Assembly (NCBI GenBank): GCA_963755025.1
Contig: CAVWIH010000033.1
Span: 32,001-96,000 of the forward strand
Length of the DNA stretch: 64,000 nt
From: an uncultured Actinomycetes bacterium
GTDB taxonomy: Bacteria > Actinomycetota > Thermoleophilia > UBA2241
Reading direction: 5' to 3'
In this document: positions 10,398 to 20,552 of the stretch, one piece after another
How the letters are laid out: the number at the start of each line of letters is the position of its first letter
Position numbering within the stretch: the first letter of the stretch is position 1
Program-made: the position numbers and the translations under genes
The notes under the pieces: model-generated
What the model saw: only the letters and a program-made list of their open reading frames with translations
The model's database searches: none
Told to the model about the DNA's origin: nothing

Positions 10398-11549
10398 TTA
10401 AACGCCGACGCCGTCGTGGGCGGCGCGCGGCGGCGTCTGGCCGGTCTGCATGAAGAGCCCGATGCTCATGCCGTCGATGAATCCCAAAAAGCGGCCGTCC
10501 TGCACGACGGCGAGCTGCTCGGTCGCGGTCGTGGCCAGGCGGTGCAGGGCCGTCGCGGCCGACTCGTCGGGCGAGATCGTCTGCAGGTGGGCGGCGCCCG
10601 TCATCGCGTCCTGCACCTGATCGACGCCCCAGGCGCTCTGCTCGACGCGCTGCAGGTCTGACAGGCAGATCATGCCTTCGAGGGCGCCGTAGTCGTCCTG
10701 CACCGGCAGGCAGCGCGCGCCGAGCGGGGCGAAGTAGTCGTTGGCCGCCTTACGTAGCGTGATGTCGCCGGGGATCCAGGTGGGCGGCAGCGACATGAGC
10801 TCACCCACCCGAACGCCGGTGAGCGTGCTCTCGGCACGACTCTGCCGGCCGGCGACCTGTGAAGCCTGCAGCACGAAGAAGCCGATGAGGGCGAACCAGA
10901 GCGGCCCGATGTAGCCGCTGAAAGCGGCGCCGAACCCGAACACGGAGTACAGGCCGTAGGCGATCATCAGGGCGCCGATCACAAGACCGGCGCGAGCGGC
11001 CCAGCGCGTGGCCTTGAGGACGTCGCGGGTGATGCCCCACAGCGCGGCGTGGAGCACCTTGCTGCCGTCGAGCGGGAACCCCGGCACCATGTTGAAGACC
11101 GCCAGCACGAGGTTGATGAACCCGAGGTAGATGAGCACCGCATGGGCGATGCTCGAACCGACGATGGCGTGGCCGGCGTACCAGCAGACGAGGCCGATGG
11201 CGAGGCTCGACGCGGGCCCGATGCCGGCCAGCAGGGCTTCGCGCCCCGGGCTCGTCGCCTCAGACTCGATCGTCGAGACCCCGCCGAGCATCCACAGCGT
11301 GATGCCCCGCACGGGTATGCCCTGGGCGCGGGCCACGAACGAGTGCGCGAGCTCGTGGACGAGCACAGAGACGAAGAACAACAGGGCCGCGACCACCGAG
11401 ACGACCCAGAGCGTAGCGGTCGACCAGCCCTCGAGCTGGAACCACTGGGTGCCCACTGTCCAGGTCACGAGGGCGAAGATGAGCAGCCAGCTCGGCGTGA
11501 TGGAGATGTCGATGCCGAACAGCCGCGCTACCTTGAAGCCTGACCCCAT
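10398..11549 (-). CDS. Site-2 protease (M50) with tandem CBS domains
   Basis: HELAH, FNMVPGFPLDG, C-terminal CBS pair; RBS gaggagga before ATG 11549. Confidence 0.92.
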   Translation of the reverse strand: MGSGFKVARLFGIDISITPSWLLIFALVTWTVGTQWFQLEGWSTATLWVVSVVAALLFFVSVLVHELAHSFVARAQGIPVRGITLWMLGGVSTIESEATSPGREALLAGIGPASSLAIGLVCWYAGHAIVGSSIAHAVLIYLGFINLVLAVFNMVPGFPLDGSKVLHAALWGITRDVLKATRWAARAGLVIGALMIAYGLYSVFGFGAAFSGYIGPLWFALIGFFVLQASQVAGRQSRAESTLTGVRVGELMSLPPTWIPGDITLRKAANDYFAPLGARCLPVQDDYGALEGMICLSDLQRVEQSAWGVDQVQDAMTGAAHLQTISPDESAATALHRLATTATEQLAVVQDGRFLGFIDGMSIGLFMQTGQTPPRAAHDGVGV

Positions 11550-11713
11550 GCTCCTCCTCGGTCGGAACCCTCTGACGATCTCGTTTCGCAAGCTTTTGGT
11601 GGTTTGTTCCCCCCGGGTGCGAGGGGCGAACGGCCAGGCCGACGACCGACTCCGCCGGCGCGCGGCCGGGCCGACGATCGACTCCGTCGGCGTCGCTCAG
11701 GCATGCCTGGCGC

Positions 11714-12994
11714 CTAGTCGGCGAGCTCGACGACGGTGTCGAGGCCGTCGGCTACGGCCAGCACGCGGGCCGCGGGGCCGCGCGCGCGGCGCGCGGCGGC
11801 GACGGCTTCGTCGATCGTGCGGAAGGCGAGCAGCCCCATGCCCTCGATGAGGGCGCGGTCGCCGTCGCCCACCAGCGCGACGTGGTAGCTCGTCATGAGT
11901 TTGGCCATCATGTAGGCGCGCTGCCCGCCGGGCCCGAGGGGCTCGACGCGGCCGCGCGCCACCAGGTCGAGCGGCCGTTCGGCGGCCAGCAGCGCGCCGA
12001 AGTTGAGCTCGCTGGGGCCGTCGCCCACGCCGAGGGCGAGGTCGGCGCAGCAGGCGATCAGGCCGCCCGCGGCGATCGCCGGACGGGCGGCCATGCCCAC
12101 GTACGTGGCCGCCCGCGACGCCTGGTAGAGGCTGCGGTCCTTGGGCGCCGGGACGCCGGCGACGACCAGGTCGAAGGGCTGTTCGTGGCGCCGCACCCAG
12201 GCGGCGCCCCGGCCACGCGCCAGGCGTGCCTGGGCGCCGGCCGGGTCGCCGCCTGCTACCGCGGCGACCGCGCCTTGATCGTTCACCACGACGTTCAGCG
12301 CGTAGCGCAGCGTGGTGAACGCCGCGATCTCGCGCAGCGCCTGCTGAAAGGGGTTGCCCTCGAGCCGGCACAGGCTCACGGCGGGCTGGTCGAGGAATGC
12401 CGGGTGGTGGGTCCAGGCGATGGTCTGCTGCCCGGCGCAGCCGATCGCCACGGCCTTCACGCCGCCCGAGAAGCCGGCGTAGAGATGCGGCTCGACGATG
12501 CCCAGCGCGACCACCAGAGCGGCGCGCGCCACGACGTCGTTCATGAAGATCTCGCCGCCGCCAGAGGTGACGCCGAGCGGCACGCTGGTCTGGCTCAGGC
12601 CCTGGGCGTCGACCACACGCAGGCGGGCGCCCAGGGCGGGCCCGACGAGGGCCGCCTTCTCGGCGGCCGTGGTCGTGCGGTGCAGGCCACAGCCCACCAC
12701 GACGGTGATCTGATCGTCGCTCACGCCGGCCGCCGCGAGGCGCTCGAGCACGGGCGGCAGGAGCGCCGCCACCGGGCAGCCGCGGCTGGCGTCGGGCACG
12801 ACCACGGCGACGCTGCCGGCGCCGCGCGCGAGGGCGGAGAGCGGCGGCGCGTCGGGCGGCGCGTCGAGCGCCTCGGCGACGGCCGCCGGCAGATCGGGGA
12901 GAGCGGGCAGGCCGGAGGGCGCCTCAAAGCTGCAGGCCGCCTCGACCGGCAGGCAGCGCCGCCCCGAGAACACATACGGCGCCGGCGCGGTCAT
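11714..12994 (-). CDS. larA: LarA-family nickel-pincer racemase/epimerase
   Basis: PDASR, GCGLHR, EPHLYAGFSGGVK, LYQASRAA; ATG 12994 overlaps the upstream stop. Confidence 0.85.
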   Translation of the reverse strand: MTAPAPYVFSGRRCLPVEAACSFEAPSGLPALPDLPAAVAEALDAPPDAPPLSALARGAGSVAVVVPDASRGCPVAALLPPVLERLAAAGVSDDQITVVVGCGLHRTTTAAEKAALVGPALGARLRVVDAQGLSQTSVPLGVTSGGGEIFMNDVVARAALVVALGIVEPHLYAGFSGGVKAVAIGCAGQQTIAWTHHPAFLDQPAVSLCRLEGNPFQQALREIAAFTTLRYALNVVVNDQGAVAAVAGGDPAGAQARLARGRGAAWVRRHEQPFDLVVAGVPAPKDRSLYQASRAATYVGMAARPAIAAGGLIACCADLALGVGDGPSELNFGALLAAERPLDLVARGRVEPLGPGGQRAYMMAKLMTSYHVALVGDGDRALIEGMGLLAFRTIDEAVAAARRARGPAARVLAVADGLDTVVELAD

Positions 12995-13359
12995 GCGGCC
13001 GTCTCGCTGCCGCTCCGCCCGGCCGGCGCTCCACCGTTGCCGCCGCCCGGCGTGCTCGCCGCCGCGCCGTCGCCGTCGGGCTCGCCCGACGACGCGCCGT
13101 CGCGGGCCGAACCGGCGCGGGCCGCGCCGTCGCCGGCGCCGGCCGGCGGCCGGCGCTCGCGCGCCGGCGGGCAGACGAAGAAGAGCACGAGCGTGGCGAG
13201 CGCGCCCAGCGGCGGAAAGACGATGGCCGCGAGAAACCCGTAGACGAGCCAGTCGACCACGCGGCGCCCGGTGCGGCGGGCCGTGCGGTAGCCCACGTAC
13301 AGGCAGACCGGGAGCTGCACGGCGAACAGCGCTTGAACGACGGTCACGGGAAGGTGCAT
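12991..13359 (-). CDS. Small membrane protein
   Basis: Two to three hydrophobic segments; tightly spaced between pafBC and larA. Confidence 0.6.
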   Translation of the reverse strand: MHLPVTVVQALFAVQLPVCLYVGYRTARRTGRRVVDWLVYGFLAAIVFPPLGALATLVLFFVCPPARERRPPAGAGDGAARAGSARDGASSGEPDGDGAAASTPGGGNGGAPAGRSGSETAA

Positions 13360-13362
13360 CGG

Positions 13363-15602
13363 CTAAGCGTACCGTTCGAGGAGCCGTGCGACGACACTGC
13401 GCAGGGCGGCTGCGGCCGCCGGCGGGTCGAGCGGCAGCGCCTCGCCACCGAAGCGCAGCATCTCGTGGATGAGCCAGCGTTCGTCCAGGTAGGGCAGCAG
13501 GGCGAGGCACTCGCCGCCGGGCAGCGCCAGCGTGGGCTCGCGTTCGGCGGCCCAGCGCGCGACCGCGGCGGCATACCACACTGCGGCGCGGCGCGGCGCG
13601 TAGCGCTCGGAGCTGCGCACGCCCTCGCGCCGGTAGAGCTCGATCTCGACGTCGGCGCGCGGCGCGAATCGCTCGTCGCGCAGCAGGGCGCGCTTGGTCG
13701 TGGCCAGGCGGAAGGTGCGGGTGCCCTGCGAACGGCGGCACCAGGCGACGTAGTACCACTCGCCCCGCGTGCGCACCAGCAGGTAGGGCTCGACGGTGCG
13801 GCTCGTGGTCGTGCCGCTGCCTTCCGACCAGTACTCGATGTCGAGCAGGCGGTGCTGGCCGATGGCGGCGTTCACCGCATCGAGGATGGGCTCGGCGGTG
13901 GCCAGACGCTCGCCGGCGGCCACCGCCGGCGGCGCCGCGCGCCGCGCGCCGCGCAGCTTCTGCGCAGCGCTGTGCAGCGCCGCGCCGTGCGCGGTGGGGA
14001 GCTGGCCGCCGAGGATCTCGACGGCCAGCAGCAGCGTGTCGACCTGCAGCGGCGACAGGCGCGCCGGCCGCGCGAAGGCCGAGCTCGCCACGTCGCAGGT
14101 GACGACCAGCGACGATCCCTTGATCTCGGCCCACACGAGCGTGCCCTCGCCGCCGAAGTTGACGAGGTTCAGCAGCCTGATGTCGGCCTTGAGCTGGGCG
14201 CGCCTGGTGTCGAGCGCGGCGCAGACCCGCGAGACCGGCACCGGCGTCTCCTCGGCGCCGCCGTTCGCCTGGCAGACGCCATGCAGGTAGGTCATGAGCG
14301 TCGCGAGGCGGGTGAAGCGGTCGGCTTCGACCTGCCAGTCGGGATCGCCCGGGGGCTCGCTGAGCGCGGCCGTCGTGACCGCGGCGCGACGCGCGCGGGC
14401 GGCCGCGGCCGCGCTCGCGCGCCGCGGGCGTGGGGGGCGCGCGTCGGCTGGGCGCGCGCGTGGCGCGTGGGCTCGCAAGGTGGTCGCCGCCGAGCAGCTC
14501 GACCGCCCGCGCCGCCTCGAGCGGAGGAGCGTCGAGACGGTCGGCGAGCTTGCGCAGCTGGGCGCCGAGGCGCTCGCGCAACTCGGGCGGCTCGAGCAGC
14601 TCAGCCGCCTCGCCCATAGAGAGCACCCAGGCCACGAGCTGCTGCGCCGAGTTGTACGGGGTCGCATACAGGATGTCGGCCTTGCCGCCGGCGTCGGCGT
14701 CGGCGTCGGCGTCTGGGTCGGCCTGCCGGCGCGATCGTGCCACAGCGCGAGAAGTGCGCTTCGACCCACCAGGCCATGTCGGCGGCCACGCGCACGGTGG
14801 CGCTGCCCACCGGCTCGCCGAGCTGCCAGGCGGGACGGTCGAGGTAGTCGTCGAGGGTGAAGTCGGCCGGCGGCGAGAAGTCGTGTGGGGCACGGGTGGC
14901 GAAGGTCACCCGCGAGCGCAGGCGCGACAGGCGGAAGGTGCGGATGGCGCGCCGCAGGTGGCACCAGGCGATCAGGTACCACTCGTCGCCGACGAGCAGC
15001 AGGCCGTAGGGGTCGACCGTGCGCAGGAGCTCCTCGTCGCGGCCGATCGAGTAGTAGACAAAGGACACCGTCTTGCCGGCGGCGACCGCCTGCTGCAGCT
15101 TGGGCAGCGCCGTCGCGGCGCGCCGCGCCTCGCGTTCGGGCAGCACGCTGACCGGCGTCGCGGCGGCGGGGGAGAGCAGCTCGGGGCGGCCGTGGGTGAG
15201 GCTCAGCAGCGCCAGGCGCAGCGGCTCGCTGTAGGCGAAGCGGTGTTCGAGCACGAACAGGCAGGCAGCCAGCGCCGAAAGCTCGTCGGGGGTGAACTCG
15301 ATGGCCGGCAGGTAGTAGGCCGACGCCGGCAGCGCGTAGACCTCGGTCTCGCCCTCGACCTCGGTGTCGCCGACGATGCCGATGCCCAGGCCGGCGAGCT
15401 CGGCGCGGTCTTCGTAGAAGCGCCGCTTGAAGGCGTCGTCGCTCATCAGCGCGTAGCCCTCGACGCGCTCGCGGATCTCTACGGCAGTGGCCGGCCGGCC
15501 CGGCCGCGACAACAGGAAGGCCACGAGCGACAGCCGGCGGATGAGCTTGTCGGCGTCTTTCGAGAACCCCTCTTCGCGCGGCGGTCCGGGCGCTTTGGTC
15601 AC
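13363..15602 (-). CDS. Double HTH-WYL-WCX regulator (fused PafB-PafC), with frameshifts near 14730 and 14400
   Basis: N-half: KLIRRLSLVAFL, FKRRFYEDRAEL, RTVDPYGL..WYL..RTFRLSR; C-half: RFTRLATL, LKADIRLLN, RTVEPY..WYY..RTFRL; no clear separate start for the second half. Confidence 0.8.
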
Positions 15603-15611
15603 GTGGCCTCC

Positions 15612-16115
15612 TTAGCGTTCGTCGGGGCGCAGCGCGCGCGCCAGGACCTTGCGGTACTCGTCGTCGAACCCGTGGGCGGCAAAGAAGCCGCTCACGCCGT
15701 GGCGCAGCTCGCCGTCGGGACCGACCGCCACCCTGCAGGCCATGCAGCCCTGGTGCGCCGCCCAGGCCGCCGCGGCCTCGACGAGCGCCGCGCCGACGCC
15801 GCGGCGGCGCTCGGCCGGCGGCACGTAGAGCTCGCCGATCTCGGCCACGCGCAGGTGCTCGACGCTCGCCGACCAGCTCACGGTGACGACGCCGGCGGCC
15901 GGGCCGCTCGGGTCGTCGGGCGCGCCGCCCGCATCGTCGCGCAGCGCCAGCAGCACCGCGCCGCGCGGGTCGGCGAGCAGCGCAGCCAGGCCGGCGCGCT
16001 GCCGTTCGGCCGGCGCGGCGAGCCCCTCTTCGGCGAAGTAGCGACGCAGGAGGTCGCTTGCGACCTCCTGCGTCGCGTCGTCGGCCTTGCGTATGGTGAG
16101 TCCGCTGTCAGTCAT
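15612..16115 (-). CDS. GNAT acetyltransferase
   Basis: ELYVPPAERRRGVGAALV acetyl-CoA-binding motif A. Confidence 0.85.
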   Translation of the reverse strand: MTDSGLTIRKADDATQEVASDLLRRYFAEEGLAAPAERQRAGLAALLADPRGAVLLALRDDAGGAPDDPSGPAAGVVTVSWSASVEHLRVAEIGELYVPPAERRRGVGAALVEAAAAWAAHQGCMACRVAVGPDGELRHGVSGFFAAHGFDDEYRKVLARALRPDER

Positions 16116-16154
16116 GATCGGTGGTCGCGGCGCTGCGCCGCGGCGCAGCGCGGC

Positions 16155-17612
16155 TCAGACGGTCTGCTTTTCGGCCGCGGCGATGATCGCGTCGAACTCG
16201 CGGCCGAGGTCGTCGGGAAAGCCGATCGGCTCGGCGGCGAGGATCTCGCGCACCTTGGCCTGGGCCTTGTCGATGGTGCTGGGGGAGCCGGCGGACTTCC
16301 AGCCCTCGTAGGTGCCGGTCTCGCCGAGCTTGGCCTGCCAGAGCTCGCGCACGTGGGCGCGGGTGTGGTTGTCGAACAGGTAGTTGCCGTTGAAACCCAT
16401 CTTGACGATGAGGTCGCGGGCGATGGTCTCGTCGCTCACCTCGACGCCCCGCAGGATGCGCTTGATCATGCCGAGGATCTCGTCGTCGACCACCATGTTC
16501 TCGAGGCAGAGGATGCGCGAGCCGTCGAGCAGGCCGGTGCCGAAGGTCACGTCGGCGCCGTTGGCGTAGGCCATGAACATGGCGATCGTGTTCTCGTAGG
16601 CGCTCTGGATGCCCGGCTCTTTGGCCGTGGTGGCGCCGGCGCCGTACCAGGCCGGCACGCCGTAGAAGTCGGCCATGTGGCCCTGGACCGAGCGAATGAG
16701 GATGGCCTCGGGCGAGTTGCTGGCGTAAGCGCCGCTGTTCATGTACATCGCCGTGGGGCCGCCGCCGTGAATGACCGGCGCGCCGGGGTGAGCGAGTTGC
16801 ACGAGGGTGGCGCCGCTCACGAACTCGGCGTTGTTGACCACGGCCGAACCGGCGATGGTGATCGGGCCGGTGGCGCCGAGGATGGGCATGGGGTAGAAGC
16901 TCACCGGTATGCCGGCCTCGGCCAGCGTGAGCGCCAGGTCCATGCCGAAGCGCTCCTGGTGGAGCGGGCTCACGGTGCAGATGATGGCCGTGAAGGTGGG
17001 CCGTGCACGCAGCTCGTCGCGGCCGCCGGCCAGCGCGCTCGCCATCTCGATCAGGCTGCGCGCCTCCCAGTCCTCTTTGATCGACACCACGATGCTGTGC
17101 TTGGCCGAGTTGCGCACGCAGGCGTCGAACTCGTGCAGCACCCGGCTCTGCACGGGGCAGTCCTGGGCGCTGACCACGGCCGAGGTGGCCGAGACGTTGT
17201 CGAGCGCCTGCACGACGCGGGCGCAGTTTTCGAGGTCTTCTTTGCGCGACGAGCGCACCTCGCCGGTGACCGGGTCGCGGTACGACAGGCCGCAGCCGTC
17301 GGAGGAGATGTAGACGTGCTCGCCGTCGAGCGGCAGGTCGTACTCGGTGGTGCGTCCGCCCAGCGTGAAGGCGTGGGGCACGGTGGCGAGCGCCTTCTCG
17401 ACGACCTCGCCCGGGATCTTGGCGACGGTGGTCTCGCGGTCGACCGTGGCGCCGTGCTCTTCGAGCACGTCGAGGGCGTTCTGCGAGTGGAACATGACAC
17501 CGATGTTCTCGATGACGTCGAGGGTCGACTCGTGGATCTGCCTGATCTCGTCTGCGCCGAGCAGCTCGAGCTTGACTCGCTTGCCTACGTAGCAGCCGTC
17601 TGCGTGAGTCAT
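16155..17612 (-). CDS. Non-pyrrolysine MttB-family (trimethylamine methyltransferase superfamily) protein
   Basis: IHESTLDVIENIG, CTVSPL, GATGPITIAG, KEPGIQSAYE, GTGLLDG; no in-frame TAG. Confidence 0.92.
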   Translation of the reverse strand: MTHADGCYVGKRVKLELLGADEIRQIHESTLDVIENIGVMFHSQNALDVLEEHGATVDRETTVAKIPGEVVEKALATVPHAFTLGGRTTEYDLPLDGEHVYISSDGCGLSYRDPVTGEVRSSRKEDLENCARVVQALDNVSATSAVVSAQDCPVQSRVLHEFDACVRNSAKHSIVVSIKEDWEARSLIEMASALAGGRDELRARPTFTAIICTVSPLHQERFGMDLALTLAEAGIPVSFYPMPILGATGPITIAGSAVVNNAEFVSGATLVQLAHPGAPVIHGGGPTAMYMNSGAYASNSPEAILIRSVQGHMADFYGVPAWYGAGATTAKEPGIQSAYENTIAMFMAYANGADVTFGTGLLDGSRILCLENMVVDDEILGMIKRILRGVEVSDETIARDLIVKMGFNGNYLFDNHTRAHVRELWQAKLGETGTYEGWKSAGSPSTIDKAQAKVREILAAEPIGFPDDLGREFDAIIAAAEKQTV

Positions 17613-17796
17613 GTGGGTGTCCTTTCGCGAACAGGGGATGCGACGCGCGCCCGCCGGGGGCGAGCGCGTGGCATCACGACAGCGTAGGTGGACCTACGCG
17701 GCCGGGTGGTCTCGCGCTGAAGACTTGAGGCGGTTTCGTTTCACGCCACCACTCCTGGCTGTCGTGGGTGAGCCTTGGGCAACGTCGAGCGCCAGT

Positions 17797-19242
17797 CTAG
17801 CACTCGGCTGCGGCGATGATGTCGTCGAACTCGCGGCCCAGGTCGGCGGGGAACGGGGGCGCGTCGGCGGCCAGCAGCTCGTCGACCCTGGCCTGGGCGC
17901 GCGCGCTGGTGCTCGGCGCGCCGGCCGCCTGCCAGCCCTCGTAGGTGCCGGTCTCGCCGAGCTTGGCCTGCCAGAGCTCGCGCACGTGGGCGCGGGTGTG
18001 GTTGTCGAACAGGTAGCCGCCCTTGAAGCCGAGCTTGCCGATCAGCTCGACGGCGAGGTGCTCGCGGTCGACCGTGACGCCGCGCAGCAGGCGGCTCACC
18101 ATGCCGAAGACCTCATCGGCCACGACGAGCTCTTCGAGCGACATCTGGGTGACCGAGTCGAGCAGGCCCGCGCCGAACAGAAAGTCGGCGCCGGCGAACA
18201 GTTCGAGCATCATGCCGAGGGTGTTCTCGTAGGCCGCCTGGGCGCCGGGCTCCTTGTCTTTGGTGCCGCCCCAGCCCAGGCCGGCCGGCAGGCCGTAGAA
18301 GCGCGCCATCTGCGCCTGCACGGCGCGCAGCAGCAGGGCCTCGGGGACGTTGGCGAAGTAGGCGCCGGTGCGCATGTACAGCGCGGTCGGCCCGCCCGCG
18401 TGGATGAGCCGGGCGCCGGGGTGGGCGAGCTGGATGGCGGTGATCGCGCCGAGGATCTCGGCGTTATTGACGACCGCCGTGCCGGCCGGCGTGACGGGCG
18501 CCGTGGCGCCCAGGATGGGCATGGGGTAGAGCATCATGGGAATGCCGGCGTCGGCCAGCGTGAAGGCGAGGTCCATGCCGAAGCGCTCCTGGTGGAGCGG
18601 GCTCACGGTGCACAGGATGACCGAGAAGGTGGGGCGCTCGTAGAGCTCGGCGGCGCCCCCGGCCACGGCCTCGGCCATGCGGATGAGGTCGCGTGCCTCG
18701 GTCTCGTCTTTGACCGAGACCACGATGGCGTGCTTTTCGGAGGCGCGCATGCAGGCGTCGAACTCGTGCAGCACGCGCGTCTCGACGGGGCAGTCCTGGG
18801 CCGACACCAGGGCCGAGGTGGCGGAGATGTTGTCGAGGCCCTGGACGACCTTGGCGGCGGCGCTCACGTCGGTCTTGGTCGAGGCGCGCACCGTGCCGTC
18901 GTGCTCGCGCACGAACGTGGCGCAGCCGTCGGAGGTGATGTAGGCGTGCTGCCTGTCGAGCGGCAGGTCGTAGGCAGGCGTGCGGCCGCCGAGCGTGAAG
19001 CCGTGGGGCAGCGTGGCGAGGGCGCGCTCGACCAACTCGGGCGGCAGCTTGGCCACGGTGGTCTCGTAGTCGACCTGCGCGCCGGCTTCGGCGAGCACGT
19101 CGAGGGCGTGCCGCGAGTAGTAGACGCAGCCCACCTCGCTCAAGATGTCGAGCGAGGTCTCGTGGATGCGGCGTACCTCGTCGGGCGAGACGATCTCGAG
19201 CGGCCGGCGAGTGCCTACGCGGCGGGTCTCGGCGTGGGTCAC
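17797..19242 (-). CDS. Second non-pyrrolysine MttB-family methyltransferase
   Basis: IHETSLDILSEVG, CTVSPL, GATAPVTPAG, KEPGAQAAYE; GTG start preceded by aggagg. Confidence 0.92.
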   Translation of the reverse strand: MTHAETRRVGTRRPLEIVSPDEVRRIHETSLDILSEVGCVYYSRHALDVLAEAGAQVDYETTVAKLPPELVERALATLPHGFTLGGRTPAYDLPLDRQHAYITSDGCATFVREHDGTVRASTKTDVSAAAKVVQGLDNISATSALVSAQDCPVETRVLHEFDACMRASEKHAIVVSVKDETEARDLIRMAEAVAGGAAELYERPTFSVILCTVSPLHQERFGMDLAFTLADAGIPMMLYPMPILGATAPVTPAGTAVVNNAEILGAITAIQLAHPGARLIHAGGPTALYMRTGAYFANVPEALLLRAVQAQMARFYGLPAGLGWGGTKDKEPGAQAAYENTLGMMLELFAGADFLFGAGLLDSVTQMSLEELVVADEVFGMVSRLLRGVTVDREHLAVELIGKLGFKGGYLFDNHTRAHVRELWQAKLGETGTYEGWQAAGAPSTSARAQARVDELLAADAPPFPADLGREFDDIIAAAEC

Positions 19243-19250
19243 GGGGCCTC

Positions 19251-20333
19251 CTAAAGGTCGGTGGCGGTCGCCGGCGAGTCGCCGGCGGCGATGAAGCGTT
19301 GCGTGACGTACGGCGACGTGACGGCGCGTACCAGCGCGTCGTAGTCGCAGGCGAACTCGACGATCGTGCCCGGGCGCAGCTCGCGTGGCGTGATGAGCAC
19401 GCCGACGTCGCTCGTCATGCCGGCCAGCCAGGCGCCGTCGATCAGGGGGCGCAGGCCCTGCGGCTCGCAGTCGCGGCGCCCGAGCGCCACGAGGGTGTGC
19501 CAGGCGGGCTCGTCGGGCAGCGCGGTGTCGGGCACGTGGCCGAAGGCGTCGAGCCCGGCGGCCCCGGGCGGCGCCGGGGGCTTGAAGATCGATTCGAGCA
19601 CGGTCGCGCTGAGGATGGGGTCGACGCGGTCGAGTCCGTCGAGCGGCGAGTTCGACACGAAGTCGTAGCCGTACAGCGGTCCGCCGCCGGCGCGGATCTC
19701 GGTGCGGAAGCGCGGCTTGAAGCCGTCGAGGTGCTGCAGGCAGCAGGAGCCGCCCAGCGAAAGCACGGGCGTGTCGATCGCGGCCGCCTCGGCGACGGCG
19801 GCGAGCACCCGTTCGGCGCGGCGGAACATCGCCAGGCTGGGGAGCTGGCCCGACAGGCAGGCGAAGTTGACCGAGATGCCGGAAAGCACGGTGCCGGGCA
19901 GGCCGGCGAGCCGGCGGGCGGCCTCGCCGGCCAGGCCGGGCAGCACGCCTTCGCGGCGGTCGCCGAGGTCGACGGTGAGCAGCAGTTCGATGGGCAGGCC
20001 GGGCGCGCGGACGCCCAGGGCGGCGGCCGTGGACGGGTCGCACAGCAGGACGCGATCGGCGACCTGGGCGGCCGCCGGTACGTCGCGGGGCTCGGGCGCG
20101 CGCAACAGGGTGAGCGGCGCCAGCGCGTGCGCGGCGAGGCGCACGAGGGCGGGCAGGCGGGAGTCGGCGAGGCCGGCTGCGCCGGCCTCGAGCATGGTGC
20201 GCCCGACCGACGGCTCGCCGTCGATGGCTTTGGTCACGCCGACGAGCTCGATGCCGGCGAGCAGCAGTCGTTCGGCGAGGGTGCGCGTGGCACGGTCGAT
20301 GGCGTCGAGATCGAGGGTGAGCTGGGGCTGCAT
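19251..20333 (-). CDS. Fold-type III PLP racemase, ornithine racemase (Orr)/YhfX-like
   Basis: GVTKA (PLP lysine), LADSRL, DLGDRREG, NFACLSG, SLGGS, DAFG, GMTSD. Confidence 0.82.
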   Translation of the reverse strand: MQPQLTLDLDAIDRATRTLAERLLLAGIELVGVTKAIDGEPSVGRTMLEAGAAGLADSRLPALVRLAAHALAPLTLLRAPEPRDVPAAAQVADRVLLCDPSTAAALGVRAPGLPIELLLTVDLGDRREGVLPGLAGEAARRLAGLPGTVLSGISVNFACLSGQLPSLAMFRRAERVLAAVAEAAAIDTPVLSLGGSCCLQHLDGFKPRFRTEIRAGGGPLYGYDFVSNSPLDGLDRVDPILSATVLESIFKPPAPPGAAGLDAFGHVPDTALPDEPAWHTLVALGRRDCEPQGLRPLIDGAWLAGMTSDVGVLITPRELRPGTIVEFACDYDALVRAVTSPYVTQRFIAAGDSPATATDL

Positions 20334-20552
20334 GGCGACCTGTGGTGTCGGCGTTGGCCTGCCCGGACGGCAGGGGGACCCACCTGCTTCTAGTAGTCGT
20401 GAAACGTGTCGCCGAAGGTGGCGGCGCAGCGCTTTCGCGAGATGGATGTCGGGCGTGTACGCAAAAGTCGAACGCTCGGTCGGTGGCCGCGCGGGGACAG
20501 TATAATCGGGCGGCAGGGTTGCGCCAACTGAGGCACGGACGGTGAGGCAGGC

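Noticed and set aside
11714-14893. 1059-aa ORF joining a WYL-protein fragment to LarA
   Set aside because: Stop-free read-through in high-GC DNA across other genes; larA starts at 12994
14430-17687. Long antisense or alternate-frame ORFs (this one, the N-part of 24611..27823, 8593..10221 and others)
   Set aside because: Shadow ORFs of real genes caused by GC3 bias; Arg/Ala/Gly-rich and without motifs
17700-17760. Hammerhead ribozyme
   Set aside because: CTGAAGA and GAAAC lie on opposite strands
16155-19242. Pyrrolysine-containing MttB
   Set aside because: Neither gene has an in-frame TAG, and there are no pyl genes in the window
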